From the NCBI GenBank assembly GCA_002841275.1, contig PHET01000004.1, forward strand, positions 11,873 through 75,872: 64,000 bases of DNA, read 5' to 3'. The position numbers and the translations under genes are program-made. This document shows, one piece after another, positions 10,685 to 20,524 of this stretch. Origin of the DNA: Actinobacteria bacterium HGW-Actinobacteria-7. GTDB lineage: Bacteria > Actinomycetota > Coriobacteriia > Anaerosomatales > PHET01. The notes under the pieces were generated by a model, which was given only the letters and a program-made list of their open reading frames with translations, did no database searches and was not told where the DNA came from. The first letter of the stretch is position 1. Every line of letters starts with the position of its first letter.

Positions 10685-11401
10685 CTACTGAGGCGGTGTC
10701 TGGGTAGCCGCCAGGATCTCTCCTTGGCGCCCGATTTTGATCCAGAACCACGTGCTCTGCCAGCGTCGTGCGGCGTCGTCGTTACGACCGAGCACGCGGG
10801 CGAGATCGGCGGCGGTTATCTTCGCTGACTTGCTTGCGGCCGCACCGTTCCACCCGTATACCGTCACCTCTGCGCCGCGAAGCAGTTTCGCCTCGACGGT
10901 TCTGGTGCTCTCGTCCACGTAGTAGTCGCCTTGGAACACATCGCCTTTGGACACGGCGACGCTGTAGCCAACTGTGCCGTCAAGGTAGTTGCCGTAGCGG
11001 ATGGTGGCCGGTGTGCCGGACGTCGTGGTACTGCCCGTCTTTGTGAACCGTGCGACTGCGACGTTGATGCCCAAACCGGCCTCGGTGGCCGACCTGCTGA
11101 AGGGCACGACCGACTCCGCGGTCGGAGCGGCCTTTGTCGGCACCGCAGCCGTGGGCGCGGTCCCCGTCGCGACCTTCTCGGCCCCGAGCTGTGCCACGAT
11201 GAGCTTCTGACTCTCGGTGAGCGCGTCGATTCGCGCGCTGAGTTCGCCGATCTGCTTGTCGCTGCGCTTGGAGACTCCGCTCGTGTAGGTTGCGAGGACG
11301 AACATCGTTCCCAAGACGATGACCGCGAGCGCGAATAGGGCCACCGTCGCGGCAAACTGCCGGAACGCGGGTGTGCGACTATCTGGGCTCTGGTCGGTCA
11401 C
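10685..11401 (-). CDS. Membrane-anchored hypothetical protein (TM + short coiled coil)
   Basis: N-terminal hydrophobic helix; 4-nt overlap with the upstream gene. Confidence 0.7.
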   Translation of the reverse strand: MTDQSPDSRTPAFRQFAATVALFALAVIVLGTMFVLATYTSGVSKRSDKQIGELSARIDALTESQKLIVAQLGAEKVATGTAPTAAVPTKAAPTAESVVPFSRSATEAGLGINVAVARFTKTGSTTTSGTPATIRYGNYLDGTVGYSVAVSKGDVFQGDYYVDESTRTVEAKLLRGAEVTVYGWNGAAASKSAKITAADLARVLGRNDDAARRWQSTWFWIKIGRQGEILAATQTPPQ

Positions 11402-12024
11402 TCGGCTGCCTCGTCACTCGCGTCGGCCGAGAGCGGGACGACGCGTCGCGACCTCGCGCGCCAGATCATCAGCCAGGCGACTGCCACCAGGAGCACGACG
11501 ACGACCAGCACGACGATCGCTGACCACGGCATCCACCCCTTGAAGGCGTAGTACAGCCGCTGCCACTGATTTGGCTGGACGACCGTGAATGAAAGACGGG
11601 GGCCGACGCCCACGTTCATATGCCCACCCGGGGCGAGATCTCCGGGAAGCTTCGGAACGCCGAGAAGGAGTACTTGGTAGACCCCGGGCGTCGCGTCAAC
11701 CGAGACGTGCAGCGTCGGACGGACGTTGATGCCCTGCTTCGGGTCGAGATAGAAGGCGCTGGGGTTGAACGAGAGCCACGACGTCGGCACACGCAGGCCA
11801 GGCTTTGAGGTCGGTGACGTCTGGATCCCGAAACCCGACGGCTGCGAGCCGGTGTTGATGATGGTGAAGTCGTGGAGCTGGTAGGTGCCTCCGGCGACGA
11901 GCGGCTGAGTCACTTCGATGCTCCGCATGTCAGTGCCTACGCCAATCGAGGCGAACGCTGGCGTGACTGCGCCCAACATGGCGGCGGCGACCAGTGCTCC
12001 CAGAGCCAAGAACCGTCTCATCAT
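11398..12024 (-). CDS. Secreted Ig-fold protein with C-terminal TM (DUF916/WxL-partner-like)
   Basis: Signal peptide; IINTG..SWLSF..F.L.P..DATPGVY..VGVGPRLSFTV pattern; C-terminal TM with basic tail. Confidence 0.6.
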   Translation of the reverse strand: MMRRFLALGALVAAAMLGAVTPAFASIGVGTDMRSIEVTQPLVAGGTYQLHDFTIINTGSQPSGFGIQTSPTSKPGLRVPTSWLSFNPSAFYLDPKQGINVRPTLHVSVDATPGVYQVLLLGVPKLPGDLAPGGHMNVGVGPRLSFTVVQPNQWQRLYYAFKGWMPWSAIVVLVVVVLLVAVAWLMIWRARSRRVVPLSADASDEAAE

Positions 12025-12112
12025 CAACCTCTCGCTCGAATTCGTGCTGCCCATACTAGTCGTGCGGCTGGCGGGCTCCAAACCAGACTCCGTGCCCGAC
12101 GGCCGGACACCG

Positions 12113-12143
12113 CGGCGGGGGTCCCGAGTCAGGACCCCCGCCG
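12113..12143 (-). terminator. GC-rich stem-loop between the paralog array and the DUF916-like gene
   Basis: CGGCGGGGGTCC / GGACCCCCGCCG 12-bp perfect stem. Confidence 0.65.
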
Positions 12144-12191
12144 ATTAAGATGAGGTACCGCTACCAACGATCCCACGGCGTGGCCGCCGTG

Positions 12192-12782
12192 CTAGAGCGT
12201 GTCGGCAATGATGAGCGCCTGCATGTTATAGGTTCCTCCGTGAAAGTCCGCAGGGAACATGAAGAACGAGTGGAACGGCACCGACGTCCCGGGGGTGAAC
12301 CCCCGCATGTACGGATCGGCTTGCTGTGTCCCGTAGAGGAACTGCGGTGCTGTTCCGTCCGGGGGCACGATTGCAGTACCTGCATCGTACGCATTGACCG
12401 GATCCTGATACGCGAAGAGCCAGGCGCACGCCGTACCATCTCCTGGGTACTCCGCCTCTTCAGTGGTGTACTTCCAAGAGTCAACGCCGTTCGTGGGACT
12501 CGAGCCATAGCCGAGATAGAGCATCGCGGACGCATCACCCTCGTTCGTGACGACGAGTTCTGCTCCGTTCTCGGCGAGACCGGGGATGCCCGGAGCACCG
12601 TTGTAGATCAACGGGGTACCCACGTCACTGCCCACGCCGCTGATCGAGATCGCAACAGTCGGCTGCATGGTGGCCTCGCCGTAGACCGTCCCCCCTGCGG
12701 GGAACGCGTATGCCGATGTGGCGGTTGCGAATACCACGGCTACGACCATCGCCAACAGGGTTATGAGCTTCGTGCGCTTCAT
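12192..12782 (-). CDS. Secreted acidic protein, paralog 3 (TasA/WxL-like fibre subunit candidate)
   Basis: MKRTKLITL..AYA signal; GGTVYGEATMQPTV; V.NEGD; C-terminal MQALIIA. Confidence 0.8.
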   Translation of the reverse strand: MKRTKLITLLAMVVAVVFATATSAYAFPAGGTVYGEATMQPTVAISISGVGSDVGTPLIYNGAPGIPGLAENGAELVVTNEGDASAMLYLGYGSSPTNGVDSWKYTTEEAEYPGDGTACAWLFAYQDPVNAYDAGTAIVPPDGTAPQFLYGTQQADPYMRGFTPGTSVPFHSFFMFPADFHGGTYNMQALIIADTL

Positions 12783-12816
12783 CGCAGGTCCTTTCCGAGC
12801 CTCCCGCAGCTGACTG

Positions 12817-13356
12817 CTAGAAGACGTCGGCGATGATGAGGGCGGTCATGGTATGAGGCGTGCCGTCGTAGCTGGTGGGGAAGGTGAAGAAGGTGTCGAG
12901 CTGAACCGAGTCTCCGACGAGGAGAGGCTCTGGCGACAGGAGATTCGGGGATCCCATGCTGTCAGGAACGCGGGCTCCCCCGAAGAGCGGCGGACCAGAC
13001 ATGAACTCCCACATGCAGTGCGTGTCGTCCACGCTGTTGGCGAAGTACCACGTATTCTCACCGTCGGTCGGGTCCGAGCCGTAGCCCAGACTGAGCGGCA
13101 CGTTCACGTCGCCGTTGTTCGTGACCGTGACGCGATCCCAGTCCGCCTCAGGGGCCCACTCGCCGGCGGTAGCACTGTAGACGAGCGGCCATCCGGAATC
13201 GGAGCCTGCACCGCCCAGAACGATCGATACCGTGGGCTGCATGGTGGCTTGGCCGTAGACCGTTCCGCCTGGAGCACCCGCATATGCCGATGCGGCGGTT
13301 GCGAGCACCATGGCAGCAACCATGGCGAACAGGGTGATGAGCTTCGAGCGTTTCAT
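12817..13356 (-). CDS. Secreted acidic protein, paralog 2
   Basis: MKRSKLITL..AYA; GGTVYGQATMQPTV; PHTMTALIIA. Confidence 0.8.
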   Translation of the reverse strand: MKRSKLITLFAMVAAMVLATAASAYAGAPGGTVYGQATMQPTVSIVLGGAGSDSGWPLVYSATAGEWAPEADWDRVTVTNNGDVNVPLSLGYGSDPTDGENTWYFANSVDDTHCMWEFMSGPPLFGGARVPDSMGSPNLLSPEPLLVGDSVQLDTFFTFPTSYDGTPHTMTALIIADVF

Positions 13357-13361
13357 GACGG

Positions 13362-14038
13362 TCTCCCTCTGGTTGTGAAGGACTGGCCCTGAAGGTGATG
13401 CATGAGCGAACGATCCGCCCTCGTGTTCTAGGAGCCCGCGATGATGAGCGCGGTCATGGTGTGCGGGCTGCCGTCATAGGTGGCCGGGAAGAAGAAGTGC
13501 GAATCAAAGAACGCGGTGTCACCTGGCATCAGCGGATCTGGGCCAAAGGAGACCGGCGGCTCGCCGCTGGCGGGGACTTGGGTGATAGACATGAACGGGG
13601 GCGACATGGCGTCGAGGTTCCACATGCAGTGCGTTGCATCCGAGTAACTGCCGAGGCTCCACGTAGTCACGCCATCGGTCGGATCGGAGCCGAAGCCCAG
13701 ACTGAGCTGAGCCGCCGTATCACCGTCGTTCGTGATCGTGAGCGGGCCGTTGAAGTTCATCGCCCACTGGTCCTTTGGACCCTCGTAGACAAGCGGCATG
13801 CCCGAATCGGAACCGGCTCCGCCCACTACGATCGATATCGTCGGCTGCATGGTGGCCTGGCCGTAGACCGTGCCGCCTGGCGCCGCATATGCCGCAGCCG
13901 CGCTTGCGAACACCATGGCAGCAACCATGGCGAACAATGTGACGAGCTTCGAGCGTTTCATTTCGATCTCCCCTCGGTTGTGAAGCACTGACCCAGCAGG
14001 TGATGCGTGAGCGAGCAATCCGCCCTCGTGTTCTAGGA
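13362..14038. repeat. About 72-bp duplicated intergenic unit (13362-13433 and 13967-14038)
   Basis: TCTCCC..GGTTGTGAAG.ACTG.CC...AGGTGATGC.TGAGCGA...ATCCGCCCTCGTGTTCTAGGA in both copies. Confidence 0.85.
13428..13961 (-). CDS. Secreted acidic protein, paralog 1
   Basis: True start MKRSKLVTL at 13961 by homology to its neighbours; PHTMTALIIA. Confidence 0.8.
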   Translation of the reverse strand: MKRSKLVTLFAMVAAMVFASAAAAYAAPGGTVYGQATMQPTISIVVGGAGSDSGMPLVYEGPKDQWAMNFNGPLTITNDGDTAAQLSLGFGSDPTDGVTTWSLGSYSDATHCMWNLDAMSPPFMSITQVPASGEPPVSFGPDPLMPGDTAFFDSHFFFPATYDGSPHTMTALIIAGS

Positions 14039-14089
14039 AACGACGATGGTGAGCGCCGTCGTGGTGCGGGGATTGCGAGTCGAAAGCAT
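14033..14089 (-). pseudogene. C-terminal remnant of a fourth paralog
   Basis: Translates to ...NPRTTTALTIVVS*, matching SPHTMTALIIAGS* of paralog 1, with the stop at the same position in the repeat unit. Confidence 0.6.
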
Positions 14090-14309
14090 TCATGTGGAGT
14101 CCCCCCGGTTGTTTGAAAAATCTCCTTAGTGGCTCATCGGGTTGCTCCTGTAGCGTCTGAACGCTCCATAGGCCTCGGTGTAGCGCTCCATTGGCGCATC
14201 GTGCCTTCGACCACGTTCGCCGATGCGGCGGGGTAGGTATCCTTTGTGCGCATGCGATGCGATAGTGTCGTTCGTGCTCGCCAGCTGTGTAGGGATTGAG
14301 GTTCGTTGA

Positions 14310-16100
14310 GTGGCATATCTGCTCGGATGTGAGAACGTCCACCTGGAGTATCCGGCGAAGAAGATCTTCGACTCGGTCACGCTTGGCATCGATGAGGGTG
14401 ACCGCATCGGCATCGTCGGCGGCAACGGCGATGGCAAGTCATCGCTTCTTTCGCTACTTGCGGGCTCAAGCGAACCCGATGACGGCCGCATCATGATGCG
14501 CGGCGGAACCACCGTGGGCGCGCTTCAGCAGATGGATGCGCTCGATCCGGAAGCCACCATCGCCCACGCGATTGTCGGGGACGTACCCGAGCACACGTGG
14601 GCATCGGATCCGCGGATCCGCAGCATCCTTCGCGGCCTCATCGCGGACCTCCCCTGGGACGGCCGAATCGGCGAGCTGTCCGGTGGGCAGCGGCGACGGG
14701 TAGATCTGGCCCGCGTGCTTGTGGGCGACTTCGACGTGCTCATGCTCGACGAGCCCACCAACCATCTCGATGTCCACGCCATCGCGTGGCTGGCCGACCA
14801 CCTCAAGCAGCGCTGGCCCAAGAAGTCGGGCGCGCTGCTGGTCGTCACGCACGATCGCTGGTTTCTCGATGAAGTCTGCCTGGAGATGTGGGAGGTGCAC
14901 CACGGGCAGGTGGAGCAGTTCGAAGGCGGATACTCAGCCTACGTGCTCCAACGCGTCGAGCGCGCGGAAGCAGCGCAGACGGCCGAGCAGAAACGCCAGA
15001 ACCTCATGCGCAAGGAACTCGCTTGGCTCTCGCGCGGCGCGCGCGCCCGAGCGACCAAACCCAAGTTCCATGTCGCGGCTGCTGAAGCGCTCATCGCCGA
15101 TGAACCGCCGGTCCGCAACTCCATCGAGTTGAAGCGATCCGCGATGTCCCGTCTGGGCAAGCAGGTCGTCGACCTTCTCGGCGTGACCGAACGCTTTGGC
15201 GACAAGACCGTCATCGACGATGTCACCTGGCTCATCGGCCCGGGAGACCGATTTGGCATCCTGGGAGAGAACGGCTCGGGCAAGACAACGCTCCTGAAGG
15301 TGATCCTAGGCTCGCTCGAACCGACCTCCGGCCACGTGAAGATCGGCAAGAGCGTCAAGTTCGCCGTCTTGTCGCAGCATCTCGATGAACTCAACGAGAT
15401 CGGAAACCTCCGCGTCCGAGAGGTGCTCTCTCGATACAGCATGCGCTACGAGATCGATGGCAAGGAGCTGACTCCCGCGCAGCTGCTGGAACGTCTCGGA
15501 TTCGAGGCTGTCCAGCTTTCCACACCGGTGTCCGATCTGTCCGGCGGAGAAAAGCGCCGCCTCCAACTGATGCTCATCCTCCTGGACAAGCCGAACGTGC
15601 TGATCCTGGACGAGCCAGACAACGACCTGGATATCGACATGCTCGCGGTCGTGGAGAGTCTGCTGGACACGTGGCCCGGCACTCTTCTGCTCATCACCCA
15701 CGACCGACATCTGATGGAACGGGTCACCGATGATCAGTTTGCCCTGGTCGACGGGAAGATTCGCCATGTCCCCGGCGGCGTCGACGAGTACCTGCGGCTT
15801 CTCGACCAACGCAACAACGTACGGGTGGAGGCGAAGGCCGGGAAGGTCAAGGCCAAGACAAGCGTTCCCCAAGCGGAAGAGCGTGCCCTGAAGAAGGAGC
15901 TCGCGTCCACCGAGCGCAAGCTCGAGACGCTCAGCGGCAAGGCCGACGCCATCCGTGCCGAGATGAAGGAGACGGATCCTTCCGACTACGAGGCCCTACT
16001 GGACGTCCAAGGGCGGCTGCAGGGCATCGAACAAGAGGTCTCTGACCTCGAGGACAAGTGGATGGAGCTGTCGGAGAGGCTCTCATCGCATCTCCCCTAG
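14310..16100 (+). CDS. ABC-F family ATPase (Uup-like, C-terminal coiled coil)
   Basis: Two NBDs (GGNGDGKS, LSGGQ, LDEPTNHLD; GENGSGKT, LSGGE), no TM. Confidence 0.93.
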   Translation: MAYLLGCENVHLEYPAKKIFDSVTLGIDEGDRIGIVGGNGDGKSSLLSLLAGSSEPDDGRIMMRGGTTVGALQQMDALDPEATIAHAIVGDVPEHTWASDPRIRSILRGLIADLPWDGRIGELSGGQRRRVDLARVLVGDFDVLMLDEPTNHLDVHAIAWLADHLKQRWPKKSGALLVVTHDRWFLDEVCLEMWEVHHGQVEQFEGGYSAYVLQRVERAEAAQTAEQKRQNLMRKELAWLSRGARARATKPKFHVAAAEALIADEPPVRNSIELKRSAMSRLGKQVVDLLGVTERFGDKTVIDDVTWLIGPGDRFGILGENGSGKTTLLKVILGSLEPTSGHVKIGKSVKFAVLSQHLDELNEIGNLRVREVLSRYSMRYEIDGKELTPAQLLERLGFEAVQLSTPVSDLSGGEKRRLQLMLILLDKPNVLILDEPDNDLDIDMLAVVESLLDTWPGTLLLITHDRHLMERVTDDQFALVDGKIRHVPGGVDEYLRLLDQRNNVRVEAKAGKVKAKTSVPQAEERALKKELASTERKLETLSGKADAIRAEMKETDPSDYEALLDVQGRLQGIEQEVSDLEDKWMELSERLSSHLP

Positions 16101-16306
16101 CAGCAGACGACCTCGGTAGTCTGATTCTCAGTTCCTGTGTGCCATTCATTCAAGGATCCTGATTGCCAAGGCGCCGTGATCAGGGCGAAGGGCGTAGAAT
16201 CCGGGGCGGGAAGTACTTGGGGGTCTATTTGTGCCGAGACCGGGTAGCCTACTCTACATGGGCCCGGCTTCGACCTGTCACGGTGGTCGATATCAGAGGA
16301 GTCCGA

Positions 16307-19300
16307 ATGGCGAGATCCAGGTTGGCGCTGCGCCTGATGCTGTCTGCGGCGCTCGGACTCACTCTGGCCTCGAGCGCAAGCACTGCGAGCGCCTTGAACT
16401 CATCACTTGCTACAAGTTGCGTGAGCGTGGACTCGGCGGAAGTGCCGGGCGACTATCACCGTATCCTCGGCCGTGTCATGTGGAACGCCAACGGTCAGGG
16501 AGACGTTCTCGTCCACAACTCCGGTGAACCCGCGCCTGATGGCGCAGGCATCCCGTACCCTCTGCCCGAAAGCAGTACTAGCGCCGTCAAGCCGGCCATC
16601 GTACTGGTAGGCGGAGTGAACGAGGACTATGGCTTCGACAGTCCCGACAACAACAACCACCCTTGGCACGACGTATACGCGTACTTGAAGCATGCGCACG
16701 GGTACGACGTGTACGTGGTGCCCAGCCAGAAGAACGCCGCCTGGCCGGGTGTCGTCGACTCACTTGGTGGCTACGCTGGTGACAATGCCGAACAGATCCA
16801 ACGCTATCTACAGGGCCAGGGGCTGCAGAACAGGGACGTCATCATCATCGGTCACTCGATGGGCGGCCTGATTGCTCGCAAGTGGGCCGGGTCTCCGTGG
16901 CTCTGGCGGTCGAACGCGTTGTCTCCAAGAGCGATTATCCAACTGGGCACTCCGAACGCGGGGTCCCCGATCACAGTCATCGAGCAGATGTGGGGTCGCA
17001 ACACAAACAAGTCCAACTACGAGCTCGACGACCATGCGAGCACGATTGCCAACTTCAATTCTGCATTCCAGAACGAGGGTGGTGGCATCCCGATTCTGCG
17101 CCTAGGCGGTGAGTTCTTCCCCTGGAGCGCTGGTCTGTCGGCACTGACGCCGCTCAGCCCCGTAGAGGCCTTCGCCGCCGAGTCCCTACGGTGGAATTTC
17201 GGGTTCTCCACGCCAAACGACGGGGTTGTCTCGGCCCCGAGTCTTCTCGCAGGTCCCACTAGCGGCAATGGGGGATCGGACTTCTATCCGGTCATGCAAT
17301 CCCGCGGCGGTTTGTTGGGTGCATTCGACACCGCATCCACCGGTTTCATCCTTCCCCGACACGACACCGCCGTTGAGAATCAGATACTCGCCCGGATCCT
17401 CAGGTTCTGTGAGGACACTCGGCTTGGGAACATCAGAGCGACTCCGCTGGCGGGTGCGCAGTCGAGCGCGACAGGACATGCCAGCTCCGGGGCGCCTGTG
17501 CGGTCGGTCGCCCCAGCCGCCCTTCCTGAGGGCGGCAGCTCATTTGCCACGGTTGTCGACAACCAGTACAACCTGTCTGCGGGGGTCACGTCCACGATTG
17601 ATTTCTCAGTTGAGGGCACCTGGGCCTTGGCGCAGATCGCGTGTGCTGATCCGGGCCTGAAGATAGACATCAAAGGGGCGAGCGGAGCCGTCTTCTCCGA
17701 GAAGCGCGCCACGTCAGACGGAGTACTACTCGCGTTTCCGACCAACGCACGTGGAGCCTCGCTCGAACTCCGATCCGCCTTGACGACATCTGCTACCGTC
17801 AGCATCCTCGATAGTGGCTGGACGGTTCTCGTTGTAGACACTCAGGCTTCGGGTGTCAGCGGGAGCGATGTACTCGTGGCCGCTCGGCTGAAGCGTGACT
17901 CGTCGAATCTACCTGGGTCGTTCGTTGCCCGTGTCGATGACGGATTCAGTACGGCCATGTCAGACGACGGTTCTGGAGCGGATGCCACCGCTTCCGATGG
18001 CGTGTACTCTGCTTCGGTTCATCTACCGGATAGTGGGATGGCCGCTCGTGTCACAGTCGATGCAAGTGCTGCCGGTGGAGTCCAGCGAACTGGATTCCAC
18101 TTGACCGAAGTCGTCGAGCCTCGAGCGACGATCAGCGATACGCCAGCACTTTCGACAGGTCTCACAGCTTCGGGCAAGATCGGACAGGTCCTAGTGGACG
18201 TGCCCGTGAACGCTTCGACGGATTGCACGGTTCAGGTAGCGGCAAACCTCGGTTCGGCCAGCGGCATGATTGCGCAGTCGATGCCGCAGCAGGCCTTTGC
18301 CGCCGGTTCGTCCTCTGTCGTCCGTGTGACCTTCGACGCTGAGGACCTGAATGCCCTGTCCGATGATGCAACCGCACTCGTCGCGTCCATCAAGCTCTAC
18401 GACTCCACTGATGGCGGACTGTCTCTGCTTGATGCCGCAACGTCCGATTCTCTGTCGATCGCGAAGACGGATCTGGCGCTTGCCGCATGCACCATCGACC
18501 CATTCGGCAAACCGGTCAATATGGACCCGGTTATCATCACTGGTTCGGCATCCTGCACTTCCGAGACCATCTCCGGGATAGACATCTCGCTCGACGGTGG
18601 CAACGAGTGGCTGGTGGCGCCTGAGCCTGCCGGCGGATGGGGATCGAAAGAAACGACGTGGTCGTGTGCGTTCACACTGCCCGAAGGCGAGTACGGGGCT
18701 TCAGTCCGACTTCGTGGTGCGAGCGGTCTGATTGCGGGGGCGACGGATTCGCTCGTGTTCTCGGTCGATAGGACGGCGCCCTCCGGCATGATGAATATCG
18801 CCAACGGAGCACCTTTCGCAGCGCCATCGTTCACAATCGACTCGGCTGTCGTCGGCGCCGTCGAGATGCGGATGAGAGCGTCGCTGAACGGTGCGACATG
18901 GGGCAGCTGGAGTGGCTGGTCCTCATACGACGCATCGATCGATGTGGGCGTCGCACGCACAAGCCAGATGTGGTGGTATCAGCTCGAGTACCGTGACGAG
19001 GCCGGAAACGTCCTCGCCCTGACCGACGACGTCATGGTGGATGCCACCGCACCTTCTACGAAGTCGAATGGGAAGTCCGTCTACGACCTGTCCGCAGCCA
19101 TCAAGCTGACTGCGAGTGACGGCCCAATGGCCGGGGTGGCCAAGACTGAGTGGCGTTTGGACGGCGGCGCTTGGATGAACGGTACGGTCGCAAGTACATC
19201 AAAAGCTGGTGACCGGGTGCTGCAGTTCCGCTCCAACGACAAGGTCGGCAATGTCGAAACGACGCGCGTCCTCAAGTTCCGTGTGCGACCAAGAGCGAGC

Positions 19301-19654
19301 CTCGGCACTCCCAGGGCGCCGTCGAAGATGTCGCAGTCTAGGTCCTACACTGTTTACGGCTACCTGAAGCCGAGACACACGAGCGGCAGCTATCCCGTTC
19401 GCATCTACAGATGGTCGAAGGTCACAATGCTTTCGGGAATCGTCGTGTGGATTCCTCACGGCTATGTAAAAGCCAAGGCGTCGAACTACTCCAGCAACGG
19501 ACAGTCGTACACGAAGTATTCGGCGAAGATCAGCGTGCCGAAGTCTAGTCACCCCCTGCCGCAGAGCACATGGCGGCTGAGAGCATACGCACCGGCCGAT
19601 TCGTGGCATGCGGCCACGTGGTCGAGCGGGAGTGACTACGTAACGGTGAAGTAG
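16307..19654 (+). CDS. Large secreted alpha/beta hydrolase (lipase/PGAP1-like) with Ig-like domains and the shared basic C-terminal domain
   Basis: RBS GAGGA then ATG 16307; signal peptide; GHSMGG, LGTPNAGS, NDGVV; DDGSGADATASDGVYSA; D.TAP Ig motifs. Confidence 0.85.
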   Translation: MARSRLALRLMLSAALGLTLASSASTASALNSSLATSCVSVDSAEVPGDYHRILGRVMWNANGQGDVLVHNSGEPAPDGAGIPYPLPESSTSAVKPAIVLVGGVNEDYGFDSPDNNNHPWHDVYAYLKHAHGYDVYVVPSQKNAAWPGVVDSLGGYAGDNAEQIQRYLQGQGLQNRDVIIIGHSMGGLIARKWAGSPWLWRSNALSPRAIIQLGTPNAGSPITVIEQMWGRNTNKSNYELDDHASTIANFNSAFQNEGGGIPILRLGGEFFPWSAGLSALTPLSPVEAFAAESLRWNFGFSTPNDGVVSAPSLLAGPTSGNGGSDFYPVMQSRGGLLGAFDTASTGFILPRHDTAVENQILARILRFCEDTRLGNIRATPLAGAQSSATGHASSGAPVRSVAPAALPEGGSSFATVVDNQYNLSAGVTSTIDFSVEGTWALAQIACADPGLKIDIKGASGAVFSEKRATSDGVLLAFPTNARGASLELRSALTTSATVSILDSGWTVLVVDTQASGVSGSDVLVAARLKRDSSNLPGSFVARVDDGFSTAMSDDGSGADATASDGVYSASVHLPDSGMAARVTVDASAAGGVQRTGFHLTEVVEPRATISDTPALSTGLTASGKIGQVLVDVPVNASTDCTVQVAANLGSASGMIAQSMPQQAFAAGSSSVVRVTFDAEDLNALSDDATALVASIKLYDSTDGGLSLLDAATSDSLSIAKTDLALAACTIDPFGKPVNMDPVIITGSASCTSETISGIDISLDGGNEWLVAPEPAGGWGSKETTWSCAFTLPEGEYGASVRLRGASGLIAGATDSLVFSVDRTAPSGMMNIANGAPFAAPSFTIDSAVVGAVEMRMRASLNGATWGSWSGWSSYDASIDVGVARTSQMWWYQLEYRDEAGNVLALTDDVMVDATAPSTKSNGKSVYDLSAAIKLTASDGPMAGVAKTEWRLDGGAWMNGTVASTSKAGDRVLQFRSNDKVGNVETTRVLKFRVRPRASLGTPRAPSKMSQSRSYTVYGYLKPRHTSGSYPVRIYRWSKVTMLSGIVVWIPHGYVKAKASNYSSNGQSYTKYSAKISVPKSSHPLPQSTWRLRAYAPADSWHAATWSSGSDYVTVK

Positions 19655-19917
19655 GGCTGAAGCAGCTGAGCTGCCCTACCGCGAAGCCCAGACCATGGGC
19701 GACTTTCCGATGCTAGAAGGAGAAGTAGGAGCACTTGTCATCCATTCCTCCTTCTCGCACTGGAGAGGTACCCACGAGTCGGATACCATGAACGAATGCT
19801 CATCCGCGTATTCAGTGGGCATGTGAGTCCTGACCGCGGCTACACAGTCGCCCGACGGCAGCGCCACCCCGGCGGCGAATGACCAGCAAGCCTGGCCCCT
19901 GCCGAAATGCACTACAC

Positions 19918-19955
19918 GCCCTCGTAGCTCAGGGGATAGAGCACAGGTTTCCTAA
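19918..19955 (+). tRNA. 5' half of tRNA-Arg(CCT), disrupted (attL of island 1)
   Basis: GCCCTCG TA GCTC AGGGGATA GAGC A CAGGT TTCCTAA; the expected ACCTG and T-arm do not follow. Confidence 0.85.
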
Positions 19956-20053
19956 CCAGCCAGAACACCGTCTTCTCAGGTCATTCTAGGTGCTCTCAAG
20001 CACGAGCGATGTGTTCTCAGTTGCGCTTAGATGACGCCGGTCTTTCCCGCTCG

Positions 20054-20073
20054 CAGGTGCCATACAGGTGCCA
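20054..20073 (+). repeat. Integrase arm-type sites, left end
   Basis: CAGGTGCCATACAGGTGCCA, identical to 42476-42495. Confidence 0.75.
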
Positions 20074-20524
20074 GCAAATGCACAGCCTTGATCCATCATC
20101 CGGGTCGCTTGTCGCACGCATGCGGTGCACCGGCGATACATTCGTGGAAGTGCGTTGGAGGCCGTGCAAGAGGTGAAGCATCGGGGCACAAGTCCCGATA
20201 TCGGGACGTCCGAGTACGAGAAGTGGCTCGGTTCTTAGCGGCCCAATGCACCTTCTGCTGGGCTGGTCTTGACCACATGGAACTACCGAACTACAGAATA
20301 GAAAGCAGGCCGGAGAGCATAGACACCCGGTGGCAGTGCGGTTGTCATTGTGGAGACGAAGGGGCTCTAACCCTCGACCCGCGGCTTGCAAAGCGCGCCG
20401 GGCGGTAGGACGTGGTAGGACGACAGGATCGCTGGGCTGCAGGTTTTCGGCTCCCTCTAGACCCAATGGGACGTCCTAGGACATCCTCACTGCAGAGAAA
20501 CTACAGACCTGCGGCGCTTGTCGC

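Noticed and set aside
13962-14342. N-terminal extension of the 304-aa ORF 13428-14342
   Set aside because: Paralogy places the start at 13961; the extension reads through intergenic repeat and remnant DNA
19918-19990. Intact tRNA gene
   Set aside because: The anticodon stem 3' strand, T-arm and acceptor 3' strand are missing at both copies
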